This document shows positions 11,450 through 23,524 of a DNA stretch of 64,000 bases, one piece after another. The position numbers were made by a program, and so were the translations under genes. Within the stretch, counting starts at the first letter, position 1. Each line of letters starts with the position of its first letter. The notes below the pieces were generated by a model that was not told where the DNA came from, ran no database searches, and saw nothing but the letters and a program-made list of their open reading frames with translations. The DNA comes from Macrostomum lignano. Lineage: Eukaryota. The stretch spans positions 1-64,000 of the forward strand of contig NIVC01000911.1 of the NCBI GenBank assembly GCA_002269645.1. Reading direction: 5' to 3'.

Positions 11450-12700
11450 GCCCTTAGATTTGAGTACCTATCCCTATCCGGGTGACACCTATCTCTGCCA
11501 GCTCTGATAAGATAAACGAATTGGCGCGAGGAGCGCCTGTCAGTAGCAAGTTCCATCGAACCAACCTTGAATTTGGGCCAACCGCCTTATTCTCGTCGTC
11601 GTCTTCCTCCAGCCTCAAGACCTCAAGGACACCAAGAGGCAACCATCCAGTACAACGCTCTACGAAGTCCTGATGGCTCTTCCGGATGTACCGTACTCTC
11701 CTTGAAACACGTTCAGATGATTCCACCGATGCACTAGTAGAATAATATCCTTTCGAGTTCGTGAAATCCCAAAACAGGAACAAATCTTGCATTAAATTTC
11801 ACCAATCTTCTGAAGAAACTTCGTAAACTGCTTTGAGCGATCTGTTAAACTTTGGAGCTTCCCAGCTTGGATATATTGCAGGATTGTTGAGGGAGACGAG
11901 GTCGCCAGGTGAGAGCTTCTTTGAGTTAATTTTAGTTCGGCGGATTCAGTATTGTCTATTGGCATCTAGTATTTTCTCGTGAACTAGGTAATGCTGCATA
12001 AATACCCGGTCATTTAAATAAACGGTTAAAACGTTATTTAACTGTTTTTTTTAAGTTATCCACATGGCCGTTTTAGCTATAATTTTACGGTGTTTTTTGT
12101 GGTGAAGCTGTCGCGTCACATTTGTTGAAAAATTTGCCAGAGAAGTTCATGCTTTCCTTGGTCCGGATGAATCTGGCTGGGAAATCCATACTCAGGTAAG
12201 AACTTTTCGCCCAGGATCATGATGACAGTATTGGCCTTCTGATTGCGCAGAACGTATGCAAACGGAAACTCAAATGTCGCTTCAACTGAAGTGTTGCCAG
12301 CTATGTTTTTCTATGCGATCAGCCCAAGAACATCGCAGTGGATTCGTCCACAGACTTTGCAGACAAGTAAACCCAGCACAGGCGCGTGTTCTCTACGCCT
12401 AGTTTTTTTCCAAGACACCCTTTTCAGCGTGAATAAGTCTTGATGACTCTTTTCAAACCTGGCCTCCAAAACCTCTCAAAAACTCTTTAGTATATCTTAG
12501 AGTCTTCTAATAGACATCATAACGGTGAATGATAGAGCTCTCAAAACACCTAGTTGACAACACTCGTTCCGGCTAACGAGAATCATCTTTATCAAAGGCT
12601 AGTAGATCATCGGGAGGTCGCAGCGTCTCTCAATAAGCTAGCATTTATTCGGTTGTCGAATAAATGCTTAGGCATGCCAGTCACCACAGCCACGCCACTC
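11450..12700 (-). mobile_element. Degenerate Gypsy/Ty3 pol fragment (integrase core and C-terminal region)
   Basis: Minus-strand translation gives IHCDVLGLI...FPFAYVLRNQKANTVIMILGEKFLPEYGFPSQIHPDQGK and KLSPGDLVSL...PKFNRSLKAVYEV, typical of Gypsy integrase (DxxG, IHSDQG, PGDLV...GPY), with many stops and frameshifts. Confidence 0.8.
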
Positions 12701-14159
12701 AATTGCACTTTGTCTCTTGTAGAAATTCAGACAGGTTTATTGCGTGAGTGCGAATCCACACTAAATAATCTTATACCAATTTATTCTTTCGCTACTACGG
12801 TAAGCATGGAATTGAGCCGTGAGAATGTATCTAAAAGCAGAGAGTACAGAACTGCTGTACTGCTGCGCGTACGGCGTAGTGCGTTTCTGAAGCAAGTTTT
12901 TTTTCGAAGCTAGAAGTGTACAATACAATGCAAAAAGGACTCATTAATGTAATTGAGCATAATAAGATGAACAAGTTGACGCACTACTGATGAAGGGCTG
13001 CACTATGCAACTAAAAAATCTCTCTCCATCAGCACTGCAACCCCAAAACACTGCAGCGCTGCAGTTTAAGTTTGGCAGTAAAAATAGAAGCTGTTTTACA
13101 TTTACTGCATCTGCATAAAACAAGCACTGCATATCACACTTGTCCTTAGCTTAGCTGTTGGAGCAAAAACAAAAACACAACAGTCGGTTCGCAAGATTTC
13201 TCTTTCAATCACTCTTTTAAGGTGCACGTAAAGTCACTTTAGGAGTACAAGAACAACGATAAAACTTAGGGTAAGATTACGTATAATCGTTTTGCAATAA
13301 ACTACAGTTTTACACGTGCTTACGGTTCTAATTGCTAGCGTGTGTCTTTGTTCACGGTGATTAGTTTAGTCGCAATCTTTGCAGCTCAGGGTGCTTATTA
13401 CGAGTTAATTTGACTCGGTTCGCAACAGGTATAGTTCTGTGACTTAAAAAGTATATGAGAAGTTACTGTATGTAGCTCGTACCTTCTAAAATAATGCATG
13501 CTGAAGAACATGTGTGACTGCAAATGATGCCAAATAGCTTTCATGCACAGATGTACAACACAAGGACCACTGCCCTTCTACTACAGTGGTCCTTGTTACA
13601 ACATCTGCATTAGGCATGCCGTACACAAATATACAACTGTGTCAAATGCTAGTATTCCGTTCTTTCTGCTCAAAACAGCTCTTTGGTGCCACATTTAACT
13701 TCAAAAAGGTGGTTTGAACTCATGTGACAGCCACGTCTTCTTTTTGGGGGGCAGACACACTATTCTACGGATTTAATAGTCATTGAAGGGTAGTACTTCT
13801 GGCAGAAATAGAAGCAGTAAAGTAAAAAAGCATTCCGTTCAGCAATCTGACGTCTAACGACATCGCTGGAAAAGGAAAAATTTACCGACGTACAACGTCG
13901 TCATCCATTACGTGTGTCAACCATCGGCATAAGTTACGTTGGTACGTTAGCGGACGTCAGAATGCTGCACGGGACTACTATGAACTATTTGTGGGCTTCA
14001 CTTAAGTTTTCTCGAATATTTGTAATCTTGTCTGTGTAAACTTCCCTTATGGCATGACATGGTAGGCAAGATAATTTATGTCAATGCCAATGAAAAAATT
14101 TATAAAAACCATAAATTGACAAATTCTCACAGAGAGCGCCGTCTCATTATCAGCAGAGG

Positions 14160-17100
14160 ATGGCGGATGAGATACCAAGAGAAAGCAGTGACGGCAGCCG
14201 CAACGGCAGGGAGTTGACAATTGTAGACGTCGATGCGAGCTTCGTTGGCGGCAGCTCTAACGAGCAAAGCCTCGCTGAGAAAAATTCGTCAGCCCAGTTC
14301 CATCAGCGAGACGGTGAAGATGATGAAGCACAGCTGCCGAAACCCACTGAACTTCATCAATCTGGTCTGCATGTGAAATCCAATGCCGTCCTTCAACTGG
14401 ACTGCGACAGTAGCGACTCAGAAGCCGAGTTGGACCAAGAAGATGGCACTACTATGAATGCTCGTGAGGATTCTTCAAGCGACTATCAAGATTCAACAGA
14501 CGCTTCTCAGAAAGCCACAGAGCTGCTCAAAGATTGTGCAGAGAAGGACTTTATGAGAAGAATTATTCGTTTGACAAAAGTTGGTAGATTCTCAGAAGCT
14601 AATGAACTGCTCATGCAAATACCCAATGATTTTTCGGGTCAGCATGTTCACGATAAAAGCAGACGAACTGCAGCTCACTATGCAGCGATGAGCACCGATG
14701 GAGAGTCCACATTGCTGCACATTCTGCGACTGTTCGGGTCTCGAGCTCTGCTCAAAGAAGACTACAAGTCGGTCACGCCGCTCCACCTGTCGCTTGGTTG
14801 CCATTCTACTGGCACCGTGAGAAAAACTCTCTCTGACATCAAAGATAGCGGTGAAATGGTTTCCGAACTGCTCAAGACGCTGAAGACGTCACGCAGAAAC
14901 ACCATAGCGCACTATGCCGCCTCAAACACAGAGCACCAGGACGTGCTGAGTCTGCTGGTTGACTCAACACCCACCAGTTGCAGTGATCTGTTTGCTCCGA
15001 ACTCCGCTGGACAAACAATGCTGCACATGTCGATTGAGAAGTTCAGTGCAGAGAGAGTACCGGCTTTATTAGAGATTGGTCACACACGCAGTGGCTGTCT
15101 CACGAAGCATATTAAAACGAAAGACCAACAGGGAAACTCCAGCATTCACTATGCTGCCATGCGAGGTGCAGACGAGGCTGTACTTCGGGCTGTTGAGTTT
15201 TTTCAAAAGAGTTTTCGGTGGAAAAATAACAAAAAGCAATCGGTGTTGCAGCTGGTGCTTCAAAACTGCAGAGTAGATACCATAAAACAAATGCTCAGGT
15301 TGTCTTCAGAGTTGCCTTTGAACCCGGAAGATGCCCAAAGGTTTGGCCTGGTTGATTGGGATGGAAACACGTGGATGCACTATGCCGCTATGAACGAAAA
15401 TAATGATAACGCAATGTTAGCTGTCCTTGAGGACGCTGAGAGGCAGGCTATGAACAACGCCATGTTAGATAAGCAGAAAGCAGCACTGCTGAGAAATCTC
15501 AGATGCCCCTGCTGGTTAAACAACAAGTCAGAGACGGCATTGCATTTGGCGTCGGTGCACTGCCAGCCAAGCGTGCTGTTGCAACTGCTGAATGCAATGA
15601 ATACCGCATGCATCAGCCTGCAGGACACTTCTGGAAACACGTGCATGCACTACATGGCCCATAGGACAGACTGCTCAGAAGCACTTCTCACTGCACTCAG
15701 GATTTCTGGCTCAGAAGGCCTGTTGAAGCAGAACAAACTGGGTCAGACAGTGCTGCATTGCTTGGCACACCGTGAAGATGAGGCCACTCTATTGGAGCTG
15801 CTACCAGCTGCCAGGGTTGCTGTTCTCAATGCCGCAGATGACGCAGGCAACACAGTATTGCATCTCGCTATCTCACGCGGCATGCTCACATTCACTGATG
15901 CCGCTGTGAAGAAGCTCGCGAGTGACTGCATCTTCTGGCGAAATAACAAGCAGCAAACCGTGGCGCATCTTGCTTTCGCGAACGTCAAGTCTTACAATTT
16001 CTTGAAGGAAAATTTCCCTGGCGTACTCGATAAGTCCTTGAAGTCCTTGGACGCATCAGGGAGAAACCCGCTTTTCTATGCGAGCTTCAACTGGAACGTG
16101 GCTGCACTCGAGGCTTTCAAATCAAGCGACGAAATGACTCGCGTTGACGCTGACGGCAACACCCTGATGCACGCACTCTTCATGAACACTGCTGCAACCA
16201 GCGGCATAGAAGCCTTTATCAAATCGCTGAAGCTCATTGCCAAAGCCGGAGTAAATCCGGACACTGAGAACAGCATTGGTAAGACTTGTCTCCAAGTGTG
16301 CGAAATTCGAGAGAACTTGTTGAAGCAAATTTTAGAAGCGGCTGCGGACACCAACAATGTTGGAAAGCTGATCAAGGCGATGCTTCACAGCTCGACTGGG
16401 ACGAATGCGGTTCATCTCGCTGCCACCAGGTACCGCTTGAAAGACTTTGTTGAGCCACTTGCCTGCTTATCTGGCATCGAAGCATCCCAACTGCTGTCAC
16501 TGACAGTCTCGTCAGGAACTCACAGAGGAGCGACTTGTCTTCACTTTGCGTGTCAAGCAGGTCACGAGGACAACATTAAGTTTCTCATTGAAAAGGGCTT
16601 GTCGCTGTCCTCACCGACCCATGACGGACTCACACCGATCGACTTTGCCTGCAACAGTGGAAAGGACGGCGCAGTTGAGAAAGCATTTCTGAGCAGTGGT
16701 GGAAGAAAGACAAACCTGCTGAGACTTCTGGACTTGCCGAAGCGAGCATTGGATCTGCCTGATAGGGAGACGGCCAACAGAGTTCTGAGCTCCGTCAGTG
16801 TATCAGCGCGTGTCCCTAAGCAACATCAGAGAGCACTCTCAGGTGTAAACCTTCTTGTCACTTCCATTGAACTTGACGCGCCTGAGATTCTGCGTAGTGC
16901 AATAAGCATGGGCTTCATCAGCCTGGAAACTGAGTACTTGGCTGCATCTATTTTACATCCTGAAAATCTTACTCAGGCAACAGAAATGTCCATCATTGAG
17001 ACAGCGTTGTTTCTCAATAAATTCAAGATCATACCAGACCTAGTGCTCACGAGACAGTTCGAGCTAATTCCTACATGCCTGAAAGTACTGATTGAGCTCA

Positions 17101-19380
17101 AGCGAAAGTTGAAGGAGATTCCTGAGCAGCGCGACGAGATTAAGGAACTGAGACAGAAGCTCAAATGCATCGCATTCAACGCTATTGATGAAATGTTTCG
17201 CAATGCCAGCGCCTATGAGCAGCAACTGCTCTTCGACTATATTTGCGGCCGGATGGAGCCAGAAAACAGCGGCCCACTTTTTACCTGTGCGCACACGCTG
17301 TGGGGCATGTTTGGCGAGACTAAGAAAGATGCTATCGAGCCATGCACAGTGCTGCGACTGCTGCTGGAAGCTGGCTGTGATGAGCTGTTTGTCAGTGAGT
17401 GCATGACTAAGCTGGCCGACACGGAGTGGAAGAACCGGCACAGCAGCCTGACTAGGGATCTGCTGCCCAACGATGAAAACGTTAAGAAAGACATCGGTAT
17501 TGTTATACTAGAGAGATATCCAGCTGCCTCGCCACTTGCAAAGTTTTATTCGTACTGCGCGTCCGACTTAATTGCGTTAATCTTACTGTCTGTATTAAGT
17601 ATTGGAATTCCGATGACATATGAGACTTCTTCATTGGATGGTAATGCAAATACTGACTATCGAATTTGGATTTCGGCCTTCATTGTGTATGGATCTTCAT
17701 ATTATTTTGTGTTATTTTCTCGTGTGCTATCCAGGTCTTCTCTGCCTCTCTCGAGCACCAACAGAGCCCTCTCCTGGCTAGAATTGGCTAATGCTGTTGC
17801 TTTTTTTGCTAGTGTTCAAGGGGTTCTACTTTATGGATATTACTCCGGTAGAATGATCACAGCTGCCAGCTTCCTAATTTGGGGATTTCGTCTGATTTCA
17901 CTTTTGGTGTTCTTCGAGAAGACGGGGCCCATGGTTATGATGCTGGTTCAATTGTTATATCTGGATCTGCTACCGTTTCTGTCAATAATCCTGATTGTGA
18001 TATATTCCTTCGGGATTTTCTTCTTTCACTTGCTGTTCCCTGTTCCAGCGGGTGCGAACTACTGGCTGTCGCTTGTCCAGGTATTTACGCTTCCCCTGAA
18101 GCTGATGTTCACTAATTTTGACGAGATTAAATTCAATAGCGTGAACAGTACCAACCTTACTGGGTATAAAATCGGCTCCATGGCCTATGACAAAGGCAGT
18201 GATGCGTTCTACAACTGCTTCATGTTTGTGTTCCTTCTGCTGGTCAATATCGTCATGGTTAATCTGCTGATTGCACTGTTTAGCCTGAGAGTGAGCAAAA
18301 TTGCCAGCAAGTCCAAGATAGTCTGGAGAAGAATGTACTTCGACATGCTGATTGAGTGCAACCGGATGTGCGCCGTCCCGTCACCAATCTATGTGATTTA
18401 TGCTATTTTTACCTATCTTTTCTCCACGTACTTGTTATTTCGCGATGCATTAAAAAATTTCGAGCACTGCAGTAAGAGCACGGTAAGTGACAGTCGTTTT
18501 TAAAGCATTTATAAAATTATATTCATCCTTCAACACTTTCTACGAGCTAACACTTCTAAACTTAACTTTGTTGTCCTCTGACAAAATTGGAATCGAACCC
18601 TGCAGCTTCTATATAATGTTGCCATTGTATGGGTTTTGTACCCTTTCGCAGATACTAAATACCCTGGATTTAATCAACAAACGTTTAGCAGAAATTCTCT
18701 CTGCTCATTAGTATGAGCGTAAAAAGCAACATTCCTTTTTCAACTAGTAGATTCATTCCAGATTGCTCCTGCTCGTAAAACGGATCCCTTATAGCAGCCC
18801 CGGATTCTGGCTGATATACAAACTATAGATTTCTTTTATAAACAGATATGGATAAAGTTAAAACGTGGTTGCTATTGGTTGCAAGCTCTCTCATTCATAC
18901 TAAGTGCATGTTTAAGCAAGAACTAATAGGACAAGAACTAATAAGATGGCTTTATCCAACCAAATAGCCAAACTAGACGATCTAAAACTCAAATGTTGGC
19001 CCTAAAATCGTATCGCCCTAACCTTGCAGAACTGGTGGTACAGTCAGACTGACTACCCGAAGGTGTACATTCAGTTCCTGAAATTTCAAGCCAAACAGTT
19101 CCGACGATTCGGCCGAAGAAATCTGACTCGTCGAATTGTCGATGCCAACAGCGACCCAGACGGAGTGCAGGCTCGCGCCGACAACAACTTTGCGGCTGTA
19201 AAACGAGGCATCGATTCGCTGGGCCGGACTCGGTCGTCGGCAACTTCAAAGCGGTCGGACTCAATCGGCATCGAAGCAAAGCTGGCCAACCTGAAAATGC
19301 AGTCGAAACGTCGACGAAAACAGATTAACGACGTTGAAGCGAAGTTGGATCGGTTGATTCAACTAATGGAGAGACGTTGA
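14160..19380 (+). CDS. Ankyrin-repeat TRP cation channel (about 18 ANK, 6 TM, TRP-box-like helix, C-terminal coiled coil); exons 14160-18482 and 19030-19380
   Basis: 1447-aa uninterrupted ORF with about 18 GxTxLHxA-type motifs and six hydrophobic segments. S4-S5 linker TGPMVMML; S6/TRP region NIVMVNLLIALFS...VWRR...VPSP. Donor ACG|GTAAGT (18482) and acceptor ttgcag|AAC (19030) are both phase 0. The last exon ends in a coiled coil (QINDVEAKLDRLIQLMERR). Confidence 0.92.
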
Positions 19381-20090
19381 GTTGAGCTTCGGTTGGTATA
19401 ATGTCTGAATCGATTAATTATTGATAATTGAGCTAAAAACTGGTTAGATAGACTACGCAAAACATTTTAAAAACAGAACAGCTCGTATATTTTGTTTTAC
19501 TTTTCCTTTAAAACTAACCATCGTAAAATATTTAGTTGAGAAATCAGTTCTCTGTATTTTAATATTCTTATGTTTTCCAAAAAGATTTTACTGTGGGTAA
19601 TAATTATCCAGTGTAAAACAACTTTGCTTACTTTTTTATCAGCAACACTATTTTTTTACTTTTTTAATGAATTGTTTTCATTAATTCTGTAGGTTGCAAG
19701 ATATCTGTTTTATCCGGTTCTGTTTATGGCTACGGGACATACATAAGAAGCTAAAAATGAATATGCAAGTGTTTTGTCATTGTAGTATGGCCAAATTTTT
19801 GCTAACATAGTATCTTAACAATAGTAACTTATATAGTATCTTATCGTAGTATCTTAACAATAGTAAATCCTTCCTTAAATTGTGAAAAAATATTTGTTAT
19901 TTAGTTTAAGGTTCGCACGAAGTAAACGTATGCCAGCCAACTTGATTTTTTTACAAATTGAAGACATCACTTAATCAATTAACACTTTTCAATTGTTAGA
20001 TCGCTTAGTTGGTGTACGTACCATACGTTGTATCTTTGACTATTGGTAGAATAGCCACAAGAGTAATTCACTGTATCTTAACTGCAACTA

Positions 20091-21130
20091 CGAGGGGTGT
20101 CCCAAAAGTTCCCGGAATGTCTAACGTAGCTCTTCAACGGAGCCATGATGTTTCACGCCCTTGGTGTCAAATGAAAGGAAGTTTTGTCACGAAGAAAATG
20201 AAGTTAAAAGCATGTTGATATCTGTTTTTATTCAGGAGCTGCAGCAAGAAACGTGCGCAAAGGTCAGGGGTACTGTTACACAACCTCACATATCACTGAA
20301 AATAATTTTTTCATCTTCGTTTTTGGATATTTTCATTTTGAATTCGTGCTACTAACGTCTCAGAAAGACGTGGTAGTGTCTATGGAAAAAAGCAGAAATG
20401 CTCATTAAGCTAATCTGAGCTTTTGCGCGAGTGCAGATAATTCTTACCAAGCGCTTGCTTTCAACTTGAAATCTCTTTGCCAAATTGGGTTCTCTTCAGA
20501 GCCTCGAAAGTCAGCGAAGTCAAGTTTTTGTCCTTTGGTCAGTAGGATGGAGTGGAGCCAAGATTTCTGACCACTTATTCTCCATCCACGGTGAGAACAG
20601 CCTGAAAAAAAGCCATTTACGAATGGATCGAACGCTTTAGAGACGGTCCAGAAAATTCGTGGCCGGGTGTTCCAGAACCGCAGTGAACTTGAAGGCTTCA
20701 CTCGTCGCGTCATCCTGCATCATGAAATGCCTCGAACTGTTTTTGCCCAGGCCATCGACGGCATGCTTTCAAAGTGGCAGAGGTGTATTCAGCTGAATGG
20801 GGACTACGTGGAGAAGCCGCAGGCTGAGCTTGACGATTCGCTTTGAATTTTGAATCGGTGCATGTCCCAAGGATTCATCAACGGTATGAAATGTTCTGTG
20901 TTTTATTGTTTAAAATCATTGCCATAGATTTTTGAGGTTGTGTAACAGTACCCCTGACCTTTGCGCACGTTTCTTGCTGCAGCTCCTGAATAAAAACAGA
21001 TATCAACATGCTTTTAACTTCATTTTCTTCGTGACAAAACTTCCTTTCATTTGACACCAAGGGCGTGAAACATCATGGCTCCGTTGAAGAGCTACGTTAG
21101 ACATTCCGGGAACTTTTGGGACACCCCTCG
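20091..21130 (+). mobile_element. Non-autonomous, internally deleted mariner (Tc1/mariner) element with 198-bp TIRs
   Basis: TA on both flanks (20089-90, 21131-32). 20091-20288 is the reverse complement of 20933-21130. Internal remnants of the HTH (HGENSLKK.IYEWIERFRDG) are joined to the C-terminus (KIRGRVF...AIDGMLSKWQRCIQLNGDYVEK). Confidence 0.93.
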
Positions 21131-21178
21131 TATTATGTACAGTTAATTTAGTTCTGTAAGGGATGTAAAGCTAACGAT

Positions 21179-21240
21179 GGGGCCGTAGCCCAGTGGTCTA
21201 GCGCGGCGCTCTGATGTGCCAGCGGCCCAGGCACGATCAT
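21179..21240 (+). mobile_element. 5' tRNA-derived head of the local SINE family (3'-truncated)
   Basis: GGGGCCGTAGCCCAGTGGTCTAGCGCGGCGCTCTGATGTGCCAGCGGCCCAGG matches the heads of the SINE copies at about 31550 and 61030 and carries an A-box-like TAGCCCAGTGG. Confidence 0.7.
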
Positions 21241-21674
21241 GGTTGTAGTGTAGTTTTTGAGCACTGTATTTGCAATTGAAAAGAAAGGGTACTTGAGCTA
21301 TGAGCGCTCTAATATTTTTATATTTATAAGTACTTGGCTGGACCGCCGCGAAATACCGCCGTATATAAAAAGCTAAAAGATCAATAGATAAAAATACAAC
21401 CTACAGCAAAAATATACAAGTCTAATTTGTACAGAACTTTATAGTACTCTACTAACAGTAGAAATATAAGGAATATAATCTAAGAAAACAAATTGCCTGT
21501 CACTGGAAAAAACGTTTAGAATAATGACTAGCAATCTTCGCCCCCCATTGGGGGACATCTGTATAGAATCTCTGTTCTCTGCAAGTAACAAAAAGATAGC
21601 CAAATAAAGCCTTCACAAAGAAAACAGACAAAATACTCAAATGAAGTGCAATGCAAAAAGAAATCATCCTAAGA

Positions 21675-21825
21675 CAGCAAGCATCCCCCAGATTGCAAGC
21701 ATCCCCCAGATTGCAAGCATCCCCCGGATAGCAAGCATCCCCCGGATAGCAAGCATCCCCCGGATAGCAAGCATCCCCCAGATTGCAAGCATCCCCCAGA
21801 TAGCAAGCATCCCCCGGATAGCAAG
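21675..21825. repeat. Minisatellite, 18-bp unit GATAGCAAGCATCCCCC(A/G) (left part of an array split by the Gypsy fragment)
   Basis: About 8 tandem units read directly; the same unit resumes at 23011. Confidence 0.95.
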
Positions 21826-23010
21826 TGTGATGACTTGATATTGTGAGTAACAATATCGGTTTTAGGGTTGGCCTGCGCTGGGGGGGGGGGGTTGGGGGCA
21901 CGCTCAAGTTGCCTTTTAATTTATCGATTGTAATGTACGCACTTACTTTGTGCATGCCTAATATTAAAATATATATATCGACTGATTTTGGCTTTTGAGC
22001 CCTCGTGTAATTTGTTTTCGTCCGCCAAATATTGCAGTAGTTGACTCTGTTAAAGTGGCGACGAGGAATGAGTCTTATAGGCTCAATAGGACCCTTTGAA
22101 GAGGGCACTGAGACCTGGCAGAAGTACCAGGAGCGCTTAGAACAGTTTTTTACAGAAAATGAAATCAGCAATGAAAAGAGACGAGCCGTGCTGCTGAGCA
22201 TCTGTGGCAGGGACACCTACCAGCTGATATCAAACCTGCTGTCACCGGCACTGCCGAAGGACACGACCTACGACGCCATCTGTGCTAAGCTGAAGGAGCA
22301 TTTTGATCCAACCCCACCAGAGATTGTACGGCGATTCAGGTTCTACAGCAGAAGTCGTCAGGCAGGCGAGTCGGTGGCAGAGTTCCTGGCTGAGCTGCGT
22401 AAGCTAGCTCGGGACTGCAATTTCGGCGTTGGCCTCAGCAGCATGCTCAGGGACCGGCTGGTCCTGGGGATCAGTGATGATTCCATTCAGCGGAGGCTCT
22501 TCACAGAGAAGGAGCTCTCGCTGGACACGGCGCTGTTGCTGGCGCAGACGCACGAGTCGGCCGCTCAAGGCAACCTGCTGGTGGCTAAAGGCGCCGGCTC
22601 TGACACGGTGCACGCTCTTCACCATTCTGCCCGGCGGGAGGCGGCCAGCGGGCCGCCAGCGAAGCGTTGCTATCGATGCCTGTCCCAGCGCCACCTGGCT
22701 GCCAAGTGCCCGTTCATCAATAGTAGGTTCTACGCATGCTCGAAAACCGGACACATTGCTGCTGCGTGCAAGGCAGCGCCGCCTGCTCAGCGGGACGAGA
22801 GATCGGCTGGGCCTCAGCGAGCTTCGAATCGTCGCATCGACTCGACCGTCCAAGAGCTGCAGGCGGAGGAGGCAGATGAGGAGGCTTTTTCGCTGCACGT
22901 GATGGCTGCTGCCGTAGGCGGCAAGATTCCGCCGATCAAGACAACCATCGACATCGACGGCACGCCAGTCTGCATGGAGGTCGATACTGGGGCGTCTGTG
23001 TCACTCACTC
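21826..23010 (+). mobile_element. gag-pro: 5' part of a Gypsy LTR retrotransposon: putative LTR, PBS, gag (CCHC knuckles) and truncated aspartic protease
   Basis: TGTGATG start at 21826. PBS-like TGGCGACGAGGA (22056-22067) is complementary to the 3' end of tRNA-Ser(GCU). The ORF from ATG 22068 reads MSLIGSIGPFEEG.ETWQKYQERLEQFF...LRDRLVLGI...CYRC....H....C, then MEVDTGASVSL, after which the minisatellite resumes. Confidence 0.9.
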
Positions 23011-23435
23011 ACCCAGATAGCAAGCATCCCCGGATAGCAAGCATCCCCCAGATAGCAAGCATCCCCTGATAGCAAGCATCCCCCAGATAGCAAGCATCCC
23101 CCGGATAGCAAGCATCCCCCAGATTGCAAGCATCCCCCGGATAGCAAGCATCCCCCGGATAGCAAGCATCCCCCAGATAGCAAGCATCAACCCAGATATC
23201 AAGAATCTACCCAGATATCAAGAATCTACCCAGATAGCAAGCATCCACCAGATAGCAAAAATCTACCGAGATAGCAAGCATCCACCCAGATAGCAAGCAT
23301 CCACCCAGATAGCAAGCATCCACCCCAATAGCAAGCATCCACCCAGATAGCAAGCATCCACCCCAATAGCAAGCATCCCCCAGATAGCAAGCATCCCCAA
23401 GATAAATAGCATCCCCAAATAGCAAGCATCCACCA
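23011..23435. repeat. Minisatellite, 18-19 bp unit GATAGCAAGCATCC(C/A)CCCA (right part of array)
   Basis: Tandem units grade from 18-bp to 19-bp variants. Confidence 0.95.
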
Positions 23436-23524
23436 GACAATAAGTAGCTAGTGCGACAATTTACTTAGCATTATGGTGGCTCCTTTAAAATTCGCTTACT
23501 TTTACTTTTGAAATTGTGTATCTT

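Noticed and set aside
13560-13596. 13-bp perfect stem-loop ACAAGGACCACTG...CAGTGGTCCTTGT upstream of the TRP gene
   Set aside because: Short and isolated, with no supporting element context; could be a chance palindrome or a TE scar.
14592-17494. Numerous antisense and alternate-frame ORFs overlapping the TRP, cGLR, MPEG1 and RhoGAP genes
   Set aside because: Expected shadow ORFs of GC-rich coding sequence with no motifs of their own.
4348-19380. A literal bacterial CBASS operon or bacterial contaminant
   Set aside because: Both genes have phase-consistent spliceosomal introns and sit among animal transposons, so only a functional analogy is raised.
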